In this document: positions 42,113 through 51,644 of the stretch, piece after piece | Layout: each line of letters begins with the position of its first letter | Position numbering within the stretch: the first letter of the stretch is position 1 | NCBI RefSeq assembly: GCF_040290245.1 | Contig: NZ_PSMQ01000002.1 | Coordinates: 4,503 to 68,502 of the forward strand | Length of the DNA: 64,000 bases | Direction: 5' to 3' | Origin: Thermus sp. | GTDB lineage: Bacteria > Deinococcota > Deinococci > Deinococcales > Thermaceae | Translations under genes and position numbers: made by a program | The notes under the pieces: model-generated | What the model saw: only the letters and a program-made list of their open reading frames with translations | Told to the model about the DNA's origin: nothing | The model's database searches: none

Positions 42113-42779
42113 ACCCCTCTTCGCCCCCTCCGTCCTCACCGTGGACTTTGCCCGTCTGGGCGAGGCTATCCGCGAGGCGGAGGAGGCGGGGGTGGACTGG
42201 ATCCACCTGGACGTGATGGATGGGCGGTTTGTTCCCAACCTCACCTTCGGCCCTCTGGTGGTGGAGGCGGTGCGCCGGGTGACCTCCTTGCCCCTGGACG
42301 TCCACCTGATGATCGTGGAGCCTGAGCGGTACCTCAAGGACTTCGCCATGGCGGGGGCGGACTGGATTACCATCCACGTGGAGGCCACCTACCACCCCCA
42401 CCGGGGGGTTCAGCAGGTCAGGGAGCTGGGGAAGAAGGCGGGGCTGGCCGTTAACCCTGGGACACCCCTGGAGGCTTTTGAGCCCCTCCTGCCTGAGTTG
42501 GACCTGGCCCTTCTCATGAGCGTGAACCCGGGGTTCGGAGGGCAGAGGTACATCCCCTCTTCCACCGCGCGACTCAAGGCGCTTAAAGAGATGCGGGACC
42601 GGCTGAACCCGGCCTGCCTGGTGGAGGTGGACGGGGGGGTGAACGAGAAGACCCTCCCTTTGGTCCTCCAGGGGGGGGCGGACGTGGTGGTGGCGGGCAG
42701 TGCGCTGTTCAACGAGCGACCGGTGGCCGAAAACCTGAAGCGGCTTAAGGAGGTGGTCCATGCCTTTGGTCGTGGGTAA
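42105..42779 (+). CDS. rpe: Ribulose-phosphate 3-epimerase
   Basis: APSVL, HLDVMDGRFVPNLTFG, DVHLMI, MSVNPGFGGQ, VDGG. Confidence 0.96.
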   Translation: MPKPLFAPSVLTVDFARLGEAIREAEEAGVDWIHLDVMDGRFVPNLTFGPLVVEAVRRVTSLPLDVHLMIVEPERYLKDFAMAGADWITIHVEATYHPHRGVQQVRELGKKAGLAVNPGTPLEAFEPLLPELDLALLMSVNPGFGGQRYIPSSTARLKALKEMRDRLNPACLVEVDGGVNEKTLPLVLQGGADVVVAGSALFNERPVAENLKRLKEVVHAFGRG

Positions 42780-43683
42780 GGAAATCCTGGACAAGGCGAG
42801 GCGGGAAGGGTATGCCGTTCCCAGTTTCAATACGAACAACCTCGAGATCACCCAGGCCATCCTCGAGGTGGCGGAGGAGATGCGGGCCCCGGTCTTCATC
42901 CAGATCTCGGATGGGGCGAGGAAGTATGCGGGGATGGAAAACCTGGCCAACTTGGTCAAGGACATGGCGAGCCGGGTCAGGGTGCCCGTGGCCCTCCACC
43001 TGGACCACGGGGCCGACTTCAAGATGGTGATGCAGGCCATCCGGGCGGGCTTCACCAGCGTAATGATCGATGCCTCCCACCACCCCTTTGAGGAGAACGT
43101 GGCCGAGACGAAAAGGTGCGTGGAGGCCGCCCACGCGGTAGGGGTGAGCGTGGAGGCGGAGCTGGGCCGGCTCCAGGGCATCGAGGACAACATCCAGGTT
43201 TCCGAAGCGGAGGCGTTTCTGACCGACCCTGGTGAGGCCGAGCGGTTTGTGGAGCTTACAGGAGTCGACTACCTGGCCATCGCCATCGGAACGAGCCACG
43301 GCGCCTACAAGGGGAAGGGAAGGCCGTATATAGACCATAAACGCCTGGAGGAGATCGCCAGACGGGTCCATATCCCCCTGGTCCTCCACGGGGCGAGTGG
43401 GGTGCCCGGATGGCTTAAGGAAAGGCTTCTGGCCACGGGGGCCGAGCTCAAAGAGGCCACGGGCATTCACGACGAGGACATCAAAAAGGCCATTCCCAAC
43501 GGCATCGCTAAGATCAACATCGACACCGACCTCCGCCTGGCCATGACCTTGGGCATCCGGGAGGTGGTGACGCAAAACCCCAAGGAGTTTGACCCTCGGA
43601 AGATCATCGGAAAGGGGCGGGAATACCTCAAAGAGGTCATCCGGGAAAAGTTCCTCCTCATGGGGACGGCGGGCCGGGCCTGA
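42760..43683 (+). CDS. fba: Class II fructose-bisphosphate aldolase
   Basis: FNTNN, HLDHG, MIDAS, VEAELG, AIGTSHGAYK, VLHGASG, KINIDTD. Confidence 0.95.
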   Translation: MPLVVGKEILDKARREGYAVPSFNTNNLEITQAILEVAEEMRAPVFIQISDGARKYAGMENLANLVKDMASRVRVPVALHLDHGADFKMVMQAIRAGFTSVMIDASHHPFEENVAETKRCVEAAHAVGVSVEAELGRLQGIEDNIQVSEAEAFLTDPGEAERFVELTGVDYLAIAIGTSHGAYKGKGRPYIDHKRLEEIARRVHIPLVLHGASGVPGWLKERLLATGAELKEATGIHDEDIKKAIPNGIAKINIDTDLRLAMTLGIREVVTQNPKEFDPRKIIGKGREYLKEVIREKFLLMGTAGRA

Positions 43684-43718
43684 GGCGTTTTCCCCTCTGG
43701 GAGCAAGGCGGCCCCTCC

Positions 43719-44822
43719 TTAACCCAGGGCTTTCTCGAGTTCTGTCCAAAGGTCCTCCGGAGCCTCCAGGCCCACGCTCAGGCGGAGGAGGCCAGGAGGA
43801 AGGTGCTCCTGGCCGGGCACGCTGGCCCGGCGCTCCATGGTAGACTCCACCCCGCCCAGGCTGGTGGCGTGGCGGATGAGCCGGAGCCGGGCGAGGGCCT
43901 CTTCGGCCTGTCCTGCTCCCCCTCGCACCACAAAGGAGACCACCGTGCCGTAGCCCTTAAGAAGACGGCGGGCCACCTCGTGGCTAGGATGACTTGGAAG
44001 CCCAGGGTAGAAAACCCGCTCCACCTGAGGATGGGCGGCCAGTTTTTCCGCCAAGAAGGCTGCGGTGCGCTCCGCTCGTTCTAGGCGTACCGCCAGGGTG
44101 CGGAGGCCCCTTAGGGCCAAAAAGGCTTCCAGAACCCCTGGGGTGGCCCCGTGGAGCGTTCGGGCTTTTTTCAGCCGGGTCCAAACCCCCGCATCCCTCG
44201 CCACCAAGGCCCCGAGGAGCAGGTCGGAATGCCCCCCCAGGAGTTTGGTGGCGGAGTGGAGCACGAGGTCAGCCCCAAGCTCGAGGGGTCGGAGGTTCAA
44301 AGGGGTGGCCAGGGTGTTGTCCACAGCGAGAAGCCCCCCGGCCTTCCTAGGGGCCTGAGCGATGGCCACGAGGTCGGTGACCTGCAAAAGGGGGTTGGAG
44401 ATGCTCTCGAGCCAGAGGAGGTCCGCTTGGCGGGCTGCCCTTTGCCAGGCGGCCGTGTCTTCTAAAGGAAGCCTTACAAGCCGCCACCGTCCCCTCGAGG
44501 CCCCCTCCTTGGCCAGACTCACCACCCCTTGGTAGCAGTCTGTGGGAAGGACCACCAGGGAACCCTCGGGCAGAAGGCCGAAGACTGCGGCCGCCGCCGC
44601 CATGCCGGAGGAAAAGGCCAGGGCCCGGCCGCCTTCTAACCCTCCCACCACAGTCTCAAAGGCCTCCCAGGTAGGGTTACCCTCTTCCCGGGCGTAGGTC
44701 CGCCCCGCTCCCCGGAGGAAGTTGGAGGCGGGAACAATGGGAGGGTTTAAGGGGCTCCCCGCCTCCTCGGGTCTGCCCGCCACAACCAGCCAGGTTTCGA
44801 GCTTCACAGGGGGTTTGGCCAT
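43719..44822 (-). CDS. Cys/Met metabolism PLP enzyme (cystathionine gamma-synthase/lyase family)
   Basis: GNPTW, FSSGMAA, ESISNP, VDNT.ATP, HSATKLLGGHSD, SLGGVES, RLSVGLE. Confidence 0.88.
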   Translation of the reverse strand: MAKPPVKLETWLVVAGRPEEAGSPLNPPIVPASNFLRGAGRTYAREEGNPTWEAFETVVGGLEGGRALAFSSGMAAAAAVFGLLPEGSLVVLPTDCYQGVVSLAKEGASRGRWRLVRLPLEDTAAWQRAARQADLLWLESISNPLLQVTDLVAIAQAPRKAGGLLAVDNTLATPLNLRPLELGADLVLHSATKLLGGHSDLLLGALVARDAGVWTRLKKARTLHGATPGVLEAFLALRGLRTLAVRLERAERTAAFLAEKLAAHPQVERVFYPGLPSHPSHEVARRLLKGYGTVVSFVVRGGAGQAEEALARLRLIRHATSLGGVESTMERRASVPGQEHLPPGLLRLSVGLEAPEDLWTELEKALG

Positions 44823-44973
44823 GGATGAATTCTACATAGCGTGGGCCAGCCCAAAGAGGGCGAACCGTCCTGGGGCCGTGGGCGGGGGATCCAATCGGGG
44901 GGTGGAGCAGGACCCCAGGTGGCGTGGGGTCCGGCTTGTCAGAGGAGACCCAGGGCGATAGACTGAGCGCGGT

Positions 44974-45843
44974 ATGCGGAAGCCTCTGTTTTTTGTCCTG
45001 GCCCTTCTGGGCCTATCCCTTGGTTTGGCACAGGCCCCCATCAAGGTGCGCATCGGCTTTAACCCCACCCAGAACTCCGACCAGCTCCGTCCGGCTGCCC
45101 AGGCGATCGCGGACTATATAGAAAAGGAGTTCAAGGGGACGATAGAGGTGGAGGTCTTCATCCCCACGGAGTATCGGGGCCTGATCGAGGCCATGCGGGG
45201 AGGAAACCTGGACTTTGCTTTCTTCCCCCCGGATGGGTATGTCATCGCCCATCAGGATGTAGGGGCCGAGGTGCTCCTTAAGAGCGTCCGGGGCAACAGC
45301 CCCTACTACTGGTCTGCCATCATCGTACGCAAAGACTCGGGGATCAGGCGCATCGAGCAGCTCGAGGGCAAGACCATCGCCTGGGTGGATAAAAATTCAG
45401 CGGCGGGCTATGTCTTTCCACGGGCTGCACTGATCTCCCGCGGGATCAACCCCGATAAGTTCTTCTCCAAGCAGATCTTCGCCGGGAAGCACGATGCGGC
45501 GGTTCTAGCCGTCCTCAATCGCTCTGTAGACGCCGCGGCCACCTTCGCCAACGACGACCGGAACAAGTCGGGGGCGTGGACCCAGTTCTTGAAGCCAGAG
45601 GAGGCCGCTCAGATTACCGCCATTTTCTACACCAGGCCCATTCCCGGGGATACGTTTACCGTATCCAAACAATTCCTGACCAAGTACCCCAACCTGACCA
45701 AGGGCATTGCCGCAGCCATCCGGCGCATCCGCACCCCTGAGAGCAAGCTGCTTTTCAACCTGTATCGAATAGACTACATGGTCCCCGCGAAGGATTCCGA
45801 CTACGATGTGGTGCGGGAAGCCCGTAGAATCGCGGGCCAGTAG
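44974..45843 (+). CDS. phnD: Phosphonate/phosphite ABC substrate-binding protein
   Basis: Signal peptide, Y..LIEAMR.G.LD.A, SAAGY..P, GKHDA. Confidence 0.88.
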   Translation: MRKPLFFVLALLGLSLGLAQAPIKVRIGFNPTQNSDQLRPAAQAIADYIEKEFKGTIEVEVFIPTEYRGLIEAMRGGNLDFAFFPPDGYVIAHQDVGAEVLLKSVRGNSPYYWSAIIVRKDSGIRRIEQLEGKTIAWVDKNSAAGYVFPRAALISRGINPDKFFSKQIFAGKHDAAVLAVLNRSVDAAATFANDDRNKSGAWTQFLKPEEAAQITAIFYTRPIPGDTFTVSKQFLTKYPNLTKGIAAAIRRIRTPESKLLFNLYRIDYMVPAKDSDYDVVREARRIAGQ

Positions 45844-45856
45844 GCCTGGAGGCCAC

Positions 45857-45883
45857 CCGGTCCCCTGGAATCCAGGGGGCCGG
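45857..45883 (+). terminator. Stem-loop between phnD and phnC
   Basis: CCGGTCCCCTGGA-A-TCCAGGGGGCCGG; no U tract, so probably a stabilising or attenuating hairpin. Confidence 0.5.
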
Positions 45884-45897
45884 CGTTGTGAGGCGCC

Positions 45898-46656
45898 ATG
45901 ATCGAGGTGCGCAACCTCTCCCATGTGTTCCAGACCCCGCGAGGCCCCTTTCAGGCCCTGGCCGAGGTCAGCCTGGTCATTCCGGAGGGGGATTTCGTAG
46001 CCATCATCGGGCGTTCAGGCGCGGGAAAGAGCACGTTTTTGCGCACGCTGAATGGCCTTCTCATCCCTAGCCGGGGCCATGTGCTGGTTCGCGGAACCGA
46101 TATCACCCGCCTTCCCAAACGGGAGCTCCAAAAGTACCGCCGCCGGGTGGGCTTCATTTTCCAACAGTTTAACCTGGTTCCCCGGCTGAGCGTCTTGGAC
46201 AATGTCCTGCACGGTCGGCTGGGGTATCTACCCGCCTGGCGGGGGCTTCTTGGCCTTTACACGGATCAGGACTACCAGATTGCCCGCAGGGAGATCGCCC
46301 GGCTGGACCTTTCCTCTAAAGAGACCGCGAGGGTGGATACCCTTTCCGGCGGGCAGCAGCAGCGGGTGGCCATCGCCCGGGCCATGGCCCAGGAGCCGGA
46401 GCTGATCCTGGCCGATGAGCCCGCGGCCAACCTGGACCCTGTGCTCTCAGAGGAAGTGATGCGGGTGCTCAAGAGGTTCAACGAGACCCTGGGCGTTACG
46501 GTGGTGATCAACATTCACACCCTCGAGCTGGCCTGCAGGTATGCCCGGCGGATTGTGGCTTTCCGTAAAGGCCGGATCGTTTTTGACGGCAGGCCGGAGG
46601 AGCTTACCGAGGAGATGGTGGACGAGGTGTACGAACGCAAGGAGACGTGGGCATGA
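45898..46656 (+). CDS. phnC: Phosphonate ABC ATPase
   Basis: GRSGAGKST, IFQQFNLV.RLSVL.NVL.GRL, LSGGQQQRV, ADEP.ANLDP. Confidence 0.92.
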   Translation: MIEVRNLSHVFQTPRGPFQALAEVSLVIPEGDFVAIIGRSGAGKSTFLRTLNGLLIPSRGHVLVRGTDITRLPKRELQKYRRRVGFIFQQFNLVPRLSVLDNVLHGRLGYLPAWRGLLGLYTDQDYQIARREIARLDLSSKETARVDTLSGGQQQRVAIARAMAQEPELILADEPAANLDPVLSEEVMRVLKRFNETLGVTVVINIHTLELACRYARRIVAFRKGRIVFDGRPEELTEEMVDEVYERKETWA

Positions 46657-48266
46657 CCCCCCTGGGCGTTTTTTTCCTGAGCATAGGGTTGGCGGTCCTC
46701 CTGGGGACGGCCAGGGGCTCCATGCGCCGACTGGTCCTGGGGGGAGGTCTCAGCCTTGGGGTGGCCTTCTTCGCCTTTCCCTTTAGCCGTGCTTTGGGGT
46801 TCCTTAGCCGGGATGCCTTGGATCCCACCCTCCTGGCCCTTGTCCCCGTTTTCCCTTGGCTTGCCCTGGTGCCCGTTTTGGGGGGGCTGGTTTGGCTTTT
46901 GGCCCTTCGGCCCCAGTGGGCGGCCTGGTCGGGGATCCTGGGAGGAGGGGGCCTTGCCCTTCTGGGCCTCCTGGCCCAGGCCCAACCCACCCAGCTGGTG
47001 CGGCTGGTTCCCCTTTATGGCCTGATGGAAGGGGTAACCGCCGTAGGGGTAGGCCTGGGGGTTTTCCTCCTTAGGCCTTTCCAAAGGGGGTGGTGGTCCT
47101 TGGTCTTGGCGGTAGGGCTGGGGGGTCTGGCTTTTTCCTGGCTGAATACCCAAGGCCACCTTTACCTGCCCAAGATGGTCGGGTATTATAAACTTCTTCT
47201 GCCCGCTCCCCCAGGGGCAGAGGAAAAGCTGGTGGCCGAATACAATGCCTCTCTTCCCGAGAAAAACGCTGTCCTCAAGGAGCTAGGCCAGCCCCTGTTA
47301 AGGCCTATTGCTTCGTTGCGGGACCTCGAGGGCGGCCTTCCCCAGGAAGCCGCCGAGGCCGGGTACCGCCTTCTTCAACCCAGCCAGCTGCAGTACGGTG
47401 CCTTGGCCATCTTCGCCCTTTCGGGCCTGATGCTGGGGGGGGGCTTGGTCCTCTTGCGCCGCCCCTCCCTTTGGGAGATGGGCGATCCCAAGGCCGCCCT
47501 GATCCTGACGGGGGTGCTTTCCACCCTTTTGCCCGCTTTCGAGGCCACAGAGTTCAAACTTCAGAAGCTGGCCAAGGGTTGGCCCTTTTTGGTCCAGTTT
47601 GTGGACAAGGCTTGGCCTCCCAACTTGGCCAATCCTGAGGCGGGGATATTCCCCTTGCAAAGCGTTCTTTCCGAGATGCTTCTGACGGTGGAGATCGCTT
47701 TAGTGGGCACGTTTTTGGCCGCGGTCTGCGCCGTGCCCACCAGCTTCCTGGCCGCCCGGAATCTCACACGGGGAAGCGCTCCAATGCGCGTGGTTTTCGC
47801 AATAATGCGGGCTTTTTACAATGTGGACCGGGGGGTGGATACCCTTATCCTGGCCTTGGTCTTTGTGGCTGCGGTCGGGCTTGGGCCGTTTGCGGGGGTC
47901 CTGGCCATGGCGATTCATTCCCTTGCGGATCTGGGTAAACTGTACTCCGAGGCCATCGAAAACGCAGATAGGGGTCCCATAGAGGCGCTGGAGGCTACAG
48001 GGGCCGCCGGGGTCAATGTGCTCCGATGGGCCATCTTGCCACAGGTTTTGCCCCTTTTCGTCTCCTATACCCTGTACAGATTTGAGATCAATTTCCGGGT
48101 CTCCGTGGTGCTGGGCCTGGTGGGTGCTGGGGGCATCGGCTATTTTATCAAGGGGGCAATGGACGCTGGGCATTACGACCAGATGATCATCGGGGTCATC
48201 GCCATCGTTGTGGTGGTTAATTTGATTGACTTTGCCTCCTCCTGGCTTCGTAGCCGGATGGTCTAA
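46653..48266 (+). CDS. phnE: Phosphonate ABC permease with long N-terminal extension
   Basis: C-terminal PhnE core (LGKLYSEAIE, E.TGA, YRFEINFR.S.VLG.VGAGGIG). Confidence 0.88.
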   Translation: MTPLGVFFLSIGLAVLLGTARGSMRRLVLGGGLSLGVAFFAFPFSRALGFLSRDALDPTLLALVPVFPWLALVPVLGGLVWLLALRPQWAAWSGILGGGGLALLGLLAQAQPTQLVRLVPLYGLMEGVTAVGVGLGVFLLRPFQRGWWSLVLAVGLGGLAFSWLNTQGHLYLPKMVGYYKLLLPAPPGAEEKLVAEYNASLPEKNAVLKELGQPLLRPIASLRDLEGGLPQEAAEAGYRLLQPSQLQYGALAIFALSGLMLGGGLVLLRRPSLWEMGDPKAALILTGVLSTLLPAFEATEFKLQKLAKGWPFLVQFVDKAWPPNLANPEAGIFPLQSVLSEMLLTVEIALVGTFLAAVCAVPTSFLAARNLTRGSAPMRVVFAIMRAFYNVDRGVDTLILALVFVAAVGLGPFAGVLAMAIHSLADLGKLYSEAIENADRGPIEALEATGAAGVNVLRWAILPQVLPLFVSYTLYRFEINFRVSVVLGLVGAGGIGYFIKGAMDAGHYDQMIIGVIAIVVVVNLIDFASSWLRSRMV

Positions 48267-48321
48267 GCGCCCTGGCCCCCTTTTTGCGCTTGTTTGACCA
48301 TCTGTGGCAACCCCGGCGGCG

Positions 48322-49300
48322 TCAGGGAGAGAGAGGTCCAGCATTCCCGTTCCCACTGCATTCGAGGAATAGGGTAGTGGCCTGGCCGTGGACTTGAGCT
48401 TGGCCTCCAGCTGGACTGGGTCCAGGCTGGGATCGGCCGAGAGCCAGACCGCCATCGCCCCTGCCACCAAGGGGGTGGCGAAGGAGGTCCCGGTGCAGCT
48501 GCCCATCCCCCCTCCGGGGGTGAGGCAGGTGAGGTTGGTGCCTGGGGCGGATAGGTCCAGATGGGCGCCCTGGGTGCTATAGAGGGCTGGGGCCCAGCCA
48601 GAGGGGGTGGCAGGTGCGGGGTCAAGGGCCCCCACCGCCACCAGCCCGGCCAAGGGGAAGGCGGCAGGGTAGTGGGCTGGGCTTCCGTACTGTCCCTGCT
48701 TCCCCGCTGCCGCAGCCACAGGGTACCCTTTGACGAGGGCTAGCCCCAGGACGCTTTCCAGGAGCGCCACTGGGGTGTCTCCGCCCAGGCTGAGATTGAG
48801 GACGGTGGGCGGGGGGCGTGGTCCAATACCCAGCATGCCCCCCCACCACCCAGCTGGCGCGGCAGGTGCCGGTCTGGTCGCAAACCCGTAGGGGAAGGAT
48901 CTGCGCGTCTGGGGCCACCCCCAGGACCAGCCCTGCTACACCGGTCCCGTGGCCGCCTGGGAAGGCGTCCTGAGGGAGCGTATCGTTCTCCACGAAATCG
49001 TACCCGGGGATCTGGGGGAGGGCCGGGTCCATCCCGGTGTCCAAAACGGCCACTTTGACCCCCCGTCCTGTATGGCCCCGGCCGTGGGCCCAGGGGGCCC
49101 CCACCTCCTTGGGGCCGTCCAGGCCATCGAAGGACCAGAGAGTTTCCAGGTCGGCTTTGTACGCGGGGTCTAGGGCCTCGAGCTCGACCAGGGCCTGGCC
49201 TAAAGGTCGGTCAAACCCCACCTTGACGAGCTCGAGGCCGCAGGTGCGGCCAAGGTCGTACCCCTCCCGGATCTGGAACCCCGCGGTTTTTAGCGCGGCT
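48322..49300 (-). pseudogene. S8 (subtilisin-like) peptidase remnant
   Basis: VAVLDTG, GHGTGVAG, NLSLGG and GTSFATP split by frameshifts near 48835; no start or signal peptide; likely stop now out of frame after a CT run; bounds approximate. Confidence 0.8.
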
Positions 49301-49350
49301 GGCCTAATGCGAGGTAGGAATTTGCCCTATAGGCACCTTAGGGGGAGGGT

Positions 49351-50703
49351 TTACCGGGTGCTCGGCCGTTTTAGCCCCAGGTACTCGAGTGCCCTTTGGG
49401 CCGCGGTCTGCCCGGACTCGGCCACCTCGGGAAGCCCCACGCCCCTCAGATAGTTTCCCGCCAGGAAAAGCCCCTCCGTAAGGGCCACCTCCAGCCGCCG
49501 GATGCGGTCCAGATGCCCTAGGCCGTAGACGGGCATCCCCTCGGGGAAGCGGAAGGCGTAGGCCCGCTCGGGCCTTAGGGAGGCACCAAGGAACCGATTT
49601 AGGTCCTCCAGCGCGGTGCGGATGAGCTCGGCCTCGGAGAGCAGGGCCACCTCCCCTGAGAGGTAGGCCCGCACCAGCCGGTAGGCCTCCGGAGCCCGGC
49701 CCGCCCACTTCTGGTCCGTCCAGGTGAAGCCCCTTACCCGGTACCCCTCCCCTTTGGCGATGAGGAGGCCGTGCCCTTGGACCTCGGGGAGGGCCTCCTT
49801 CCTAAAGGCCAAGCTGACCGTGGCGGACGGGGTGTGGGGAATGGCGTTCAAAAGGGCGGTGGCCTGGGGGAGGAAGGGCCTTAGGAGCCGGGCCGTCACC
49901 GGGGCAGGGGTGGCGAGGATGACCGCCTCGGCCTCCAGGGCCCCTTGCGGGGTGTGGAGGCGGAAGCCGCCCCTCAGGGCCTCGAGGCCAAGAACCGGCG
50001 TGCCAAGCCGGAGGGGAACCCCTTCCGAAAGGCGCCGGATGAGCTCGAAAAGCCCTTCCTGGAAGGAGAAGAATAGGCCCCCCCCTTCCCGGCTTCCCCG
50101 GGCCTTTTGCGCCTTTAGGGCGCTTCGCAAAAGACCCCCCTTCCTCTCCATCTCCCAGAGCTGGGGAAAGGCTGCCCGCACGGAAAGCGCCTCCGGTTCC
50201 CCGCCGTAGACCCCTCCGGCCAAGGGGGCGACCAGGGCCTGGAAGACCTCCTCGCCGAAGCGGCGGGCGATGAACGTCCCCAGGGCCTCGTCCTCATGGG
50301 GGCTGGGGGGGATCAAGGGCTCAAGAAGGGCCCGGAGTTTTCCGCCCAAAGACAGAAGAGGGGTCCGGACCAAGGCCTTGAGGTCCCCCGGAACGAAGAC
50401 CATAAGCCCCTCCGGGAGGGGGTGGGGGCGGCCTTTCCGGAGGATATAGGCGGCGGGCTTGGCGGGCAGGGTGCCCACGGGTTCCAGGCCCACCTCCTTG
50501 CCCAGGGCCAAAAGGGCGGGCTTGTAGCGGACGCTTGCGTCGGGACCCCCCTCCACCAAAAACCCCCCTTGGCGGACGGTCCGGATCTTTCCCCCGAGCC
50601 TGGGGGCGGCCTCGAGGAGGAGGAGGTCCACGCCCTCCTTCTTCAGGCGGTAAGCCGCCGCCACCCCCGCCATACCCCCGCCCACGATTACGACCTCTGC
50701 CAC
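49351..50703 (-). CDS. hemG: HemY-type protoporphyrinogen/coproporphyrinogen oxidase
   Basis: GGGMAG FAD motif, RLGGKI, GIY-like GVYGG, AGNYLRGVG. Confidence 0.92.
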   Translation of the reverse strand: MAEVVIVGGGMAGVAAAYRLKKEGVDLLLLEAAPRLGGKIRTVRQGGFLVEGGPDASVRYKPALLALGKEVGLEPVGTLPAKPAAYILRKGRPHPLPEGLMVFVPGDLKALVRTPLLSLGGKLRALLEPLIPPSPHEDEALGTFIARRFGEEVFQALVAPLAGGVYGGEPEALSVRAAFPQLWEMERKGGLLRSALKAQKARGSREGGGLFFSFQEGLFELIRRLSEGVPLRLGTPVLGLEALRGGFRLHTPQGALEAEAVILATPAPVTARLLRPFLPQATALLNAIPHTPSATVSLAFRKEALPEVQGHGLLIAKGEGYRVRGFTWTDQKWAGRAPEAYRLVRAYLSGEVALLSEAELIRTALEDLNRFLGASLRPERAYAFRFPEGMPVYGLGHLDRIRRLEVALTEGLFLAGNYLRGVGLPEVAESGQTAAQRALEYLGLKRPSTR

Positions 50704-51644
50704 GCCGCCTCCACCAGGTCCTTAAGCACCTGGATATAGTCCAGGTCAGCGTTCAGGCCCCGGGCCCTGAGAAGCCTAAGGCCCAACCGCTCCGCCGTGG
50801 CCTGGGCCTCCAGGTCCAGGTCGTAAAAGACCTCGAGGTGGTCAGCGGGGAAGCCCACCGCCTGGACCACCACCTCCTCCACCCCTTCCTCCTTGAGGGT
50901 TTGCAAAAGCTCGTTGATGTCCGGGCCGAGCCAGGGCTCGGGGGTGCGCCCCGCGGACTGGTAGGCCACCTGGAACCGGGGAAGGTTGAGCCGCAGGGCG
51001 ATCCGTTCCGCCGTCCCCTCCACCTGCCTTGGGTAAGGGTCGCCCCGCTCCACCGCCGAGAGGGGGATGGAGTGGGCGGTGAAGACGTAGGCCGCCCGCC
51101 TGGGGTCCTTGAGCCTCCAGATGGCCTCCTCCAGCCTGCGGGCGTAGGCGGCGATGAGACCCGGGTGGTCGTAGTAGCTTTCCACCCAGACGAACTCCAT
51201 GGGCTGGGGCAGGGCCCGGGCCGCTTCTTGGACCTTCTCCTGGTATTCCGCCACGCTCCTTAGGGAGTAGTGGGGCGCGGCCACGATGGCCACGGCCTTC
51301 CGCACGCCGTCCTCGTGCATGGCGGCTATGGCTTCGCCGATCAGGGGGTGCCAGTGCTTGGTCCCGATATAGACCCGGGCCGGTCCTTGGGGGGTGCGGG
51401 GTGGGAAAGGCCCCAGGAGGCGCTTGGGGTAGGCGGGGGCCTCGAGGTTCAAAAGGGCCTGGAGCCGAATGCCCTGGGCCAGCGTGATCTCGTTCAGGGG
51501 GCTTTTGCCGATGGCCGCGTAGCGCTCGGAAAGCTCCTTGAGGAGCTCCTCAGGGGGCTTTCTTCCCCGGCGGATGTCCGTGTAGTAGGGCTCGATCTCC
51601 TCGGGGCTGTAAGGGGTTCCATAGGCCATCAGGAGTACGTTCAT
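50688..51644 (-). CDS. hemH: Ferrochelatase (HemH/CpfC type)
   Basis: LLMAYGTP, APHYS, FTAHS, QSAG, WLGPD, DHLEV.YDLD. Confidence 0.95.
   Translation of the reverse strand: MNVLLMAYGTPYSPEEIEPYYTDIRRGRKPPEELLKELSERYAAIGKSPLNEITLAQGIRLQALLNLEAPAYPKRLLGPFPPRTPQGPARVYIGTKHWHPLIGEAIAAMHEDGVRKAVAIVAAPHYSLRSVAEYQEKVQEAARALPQPMEFVWVESYYDHPGLIAAYARRLEEAIWRLKDPRRAAYVFTAHSIPLSAVERGDPYPRQVEGTAERIALRLNLPRFQVAYQSAGRTPEPWLGPDINELLQTLKEEGVEEVVVQAVGFPADHLEVFYDLDLEAQATAERLGLRLLRARGLNADLDYIQVLKDLVEAAWQRS

Noticed and set aside
44832-45068. 78-aa minus ORF, and hairpin GGACCCCA-N7-TGGGGTCC (44910-44932) as a riboswitch
   Set aside because: The ORF overlaps the phnD start and has no motif; the hairpin lacks SAM or T-box signatures I can identify.
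47700-48836. 378-aa ORF as an intact protease
   Set aside because: Holds only the C-terminal S8 half; its tail runs antisense through phnE.
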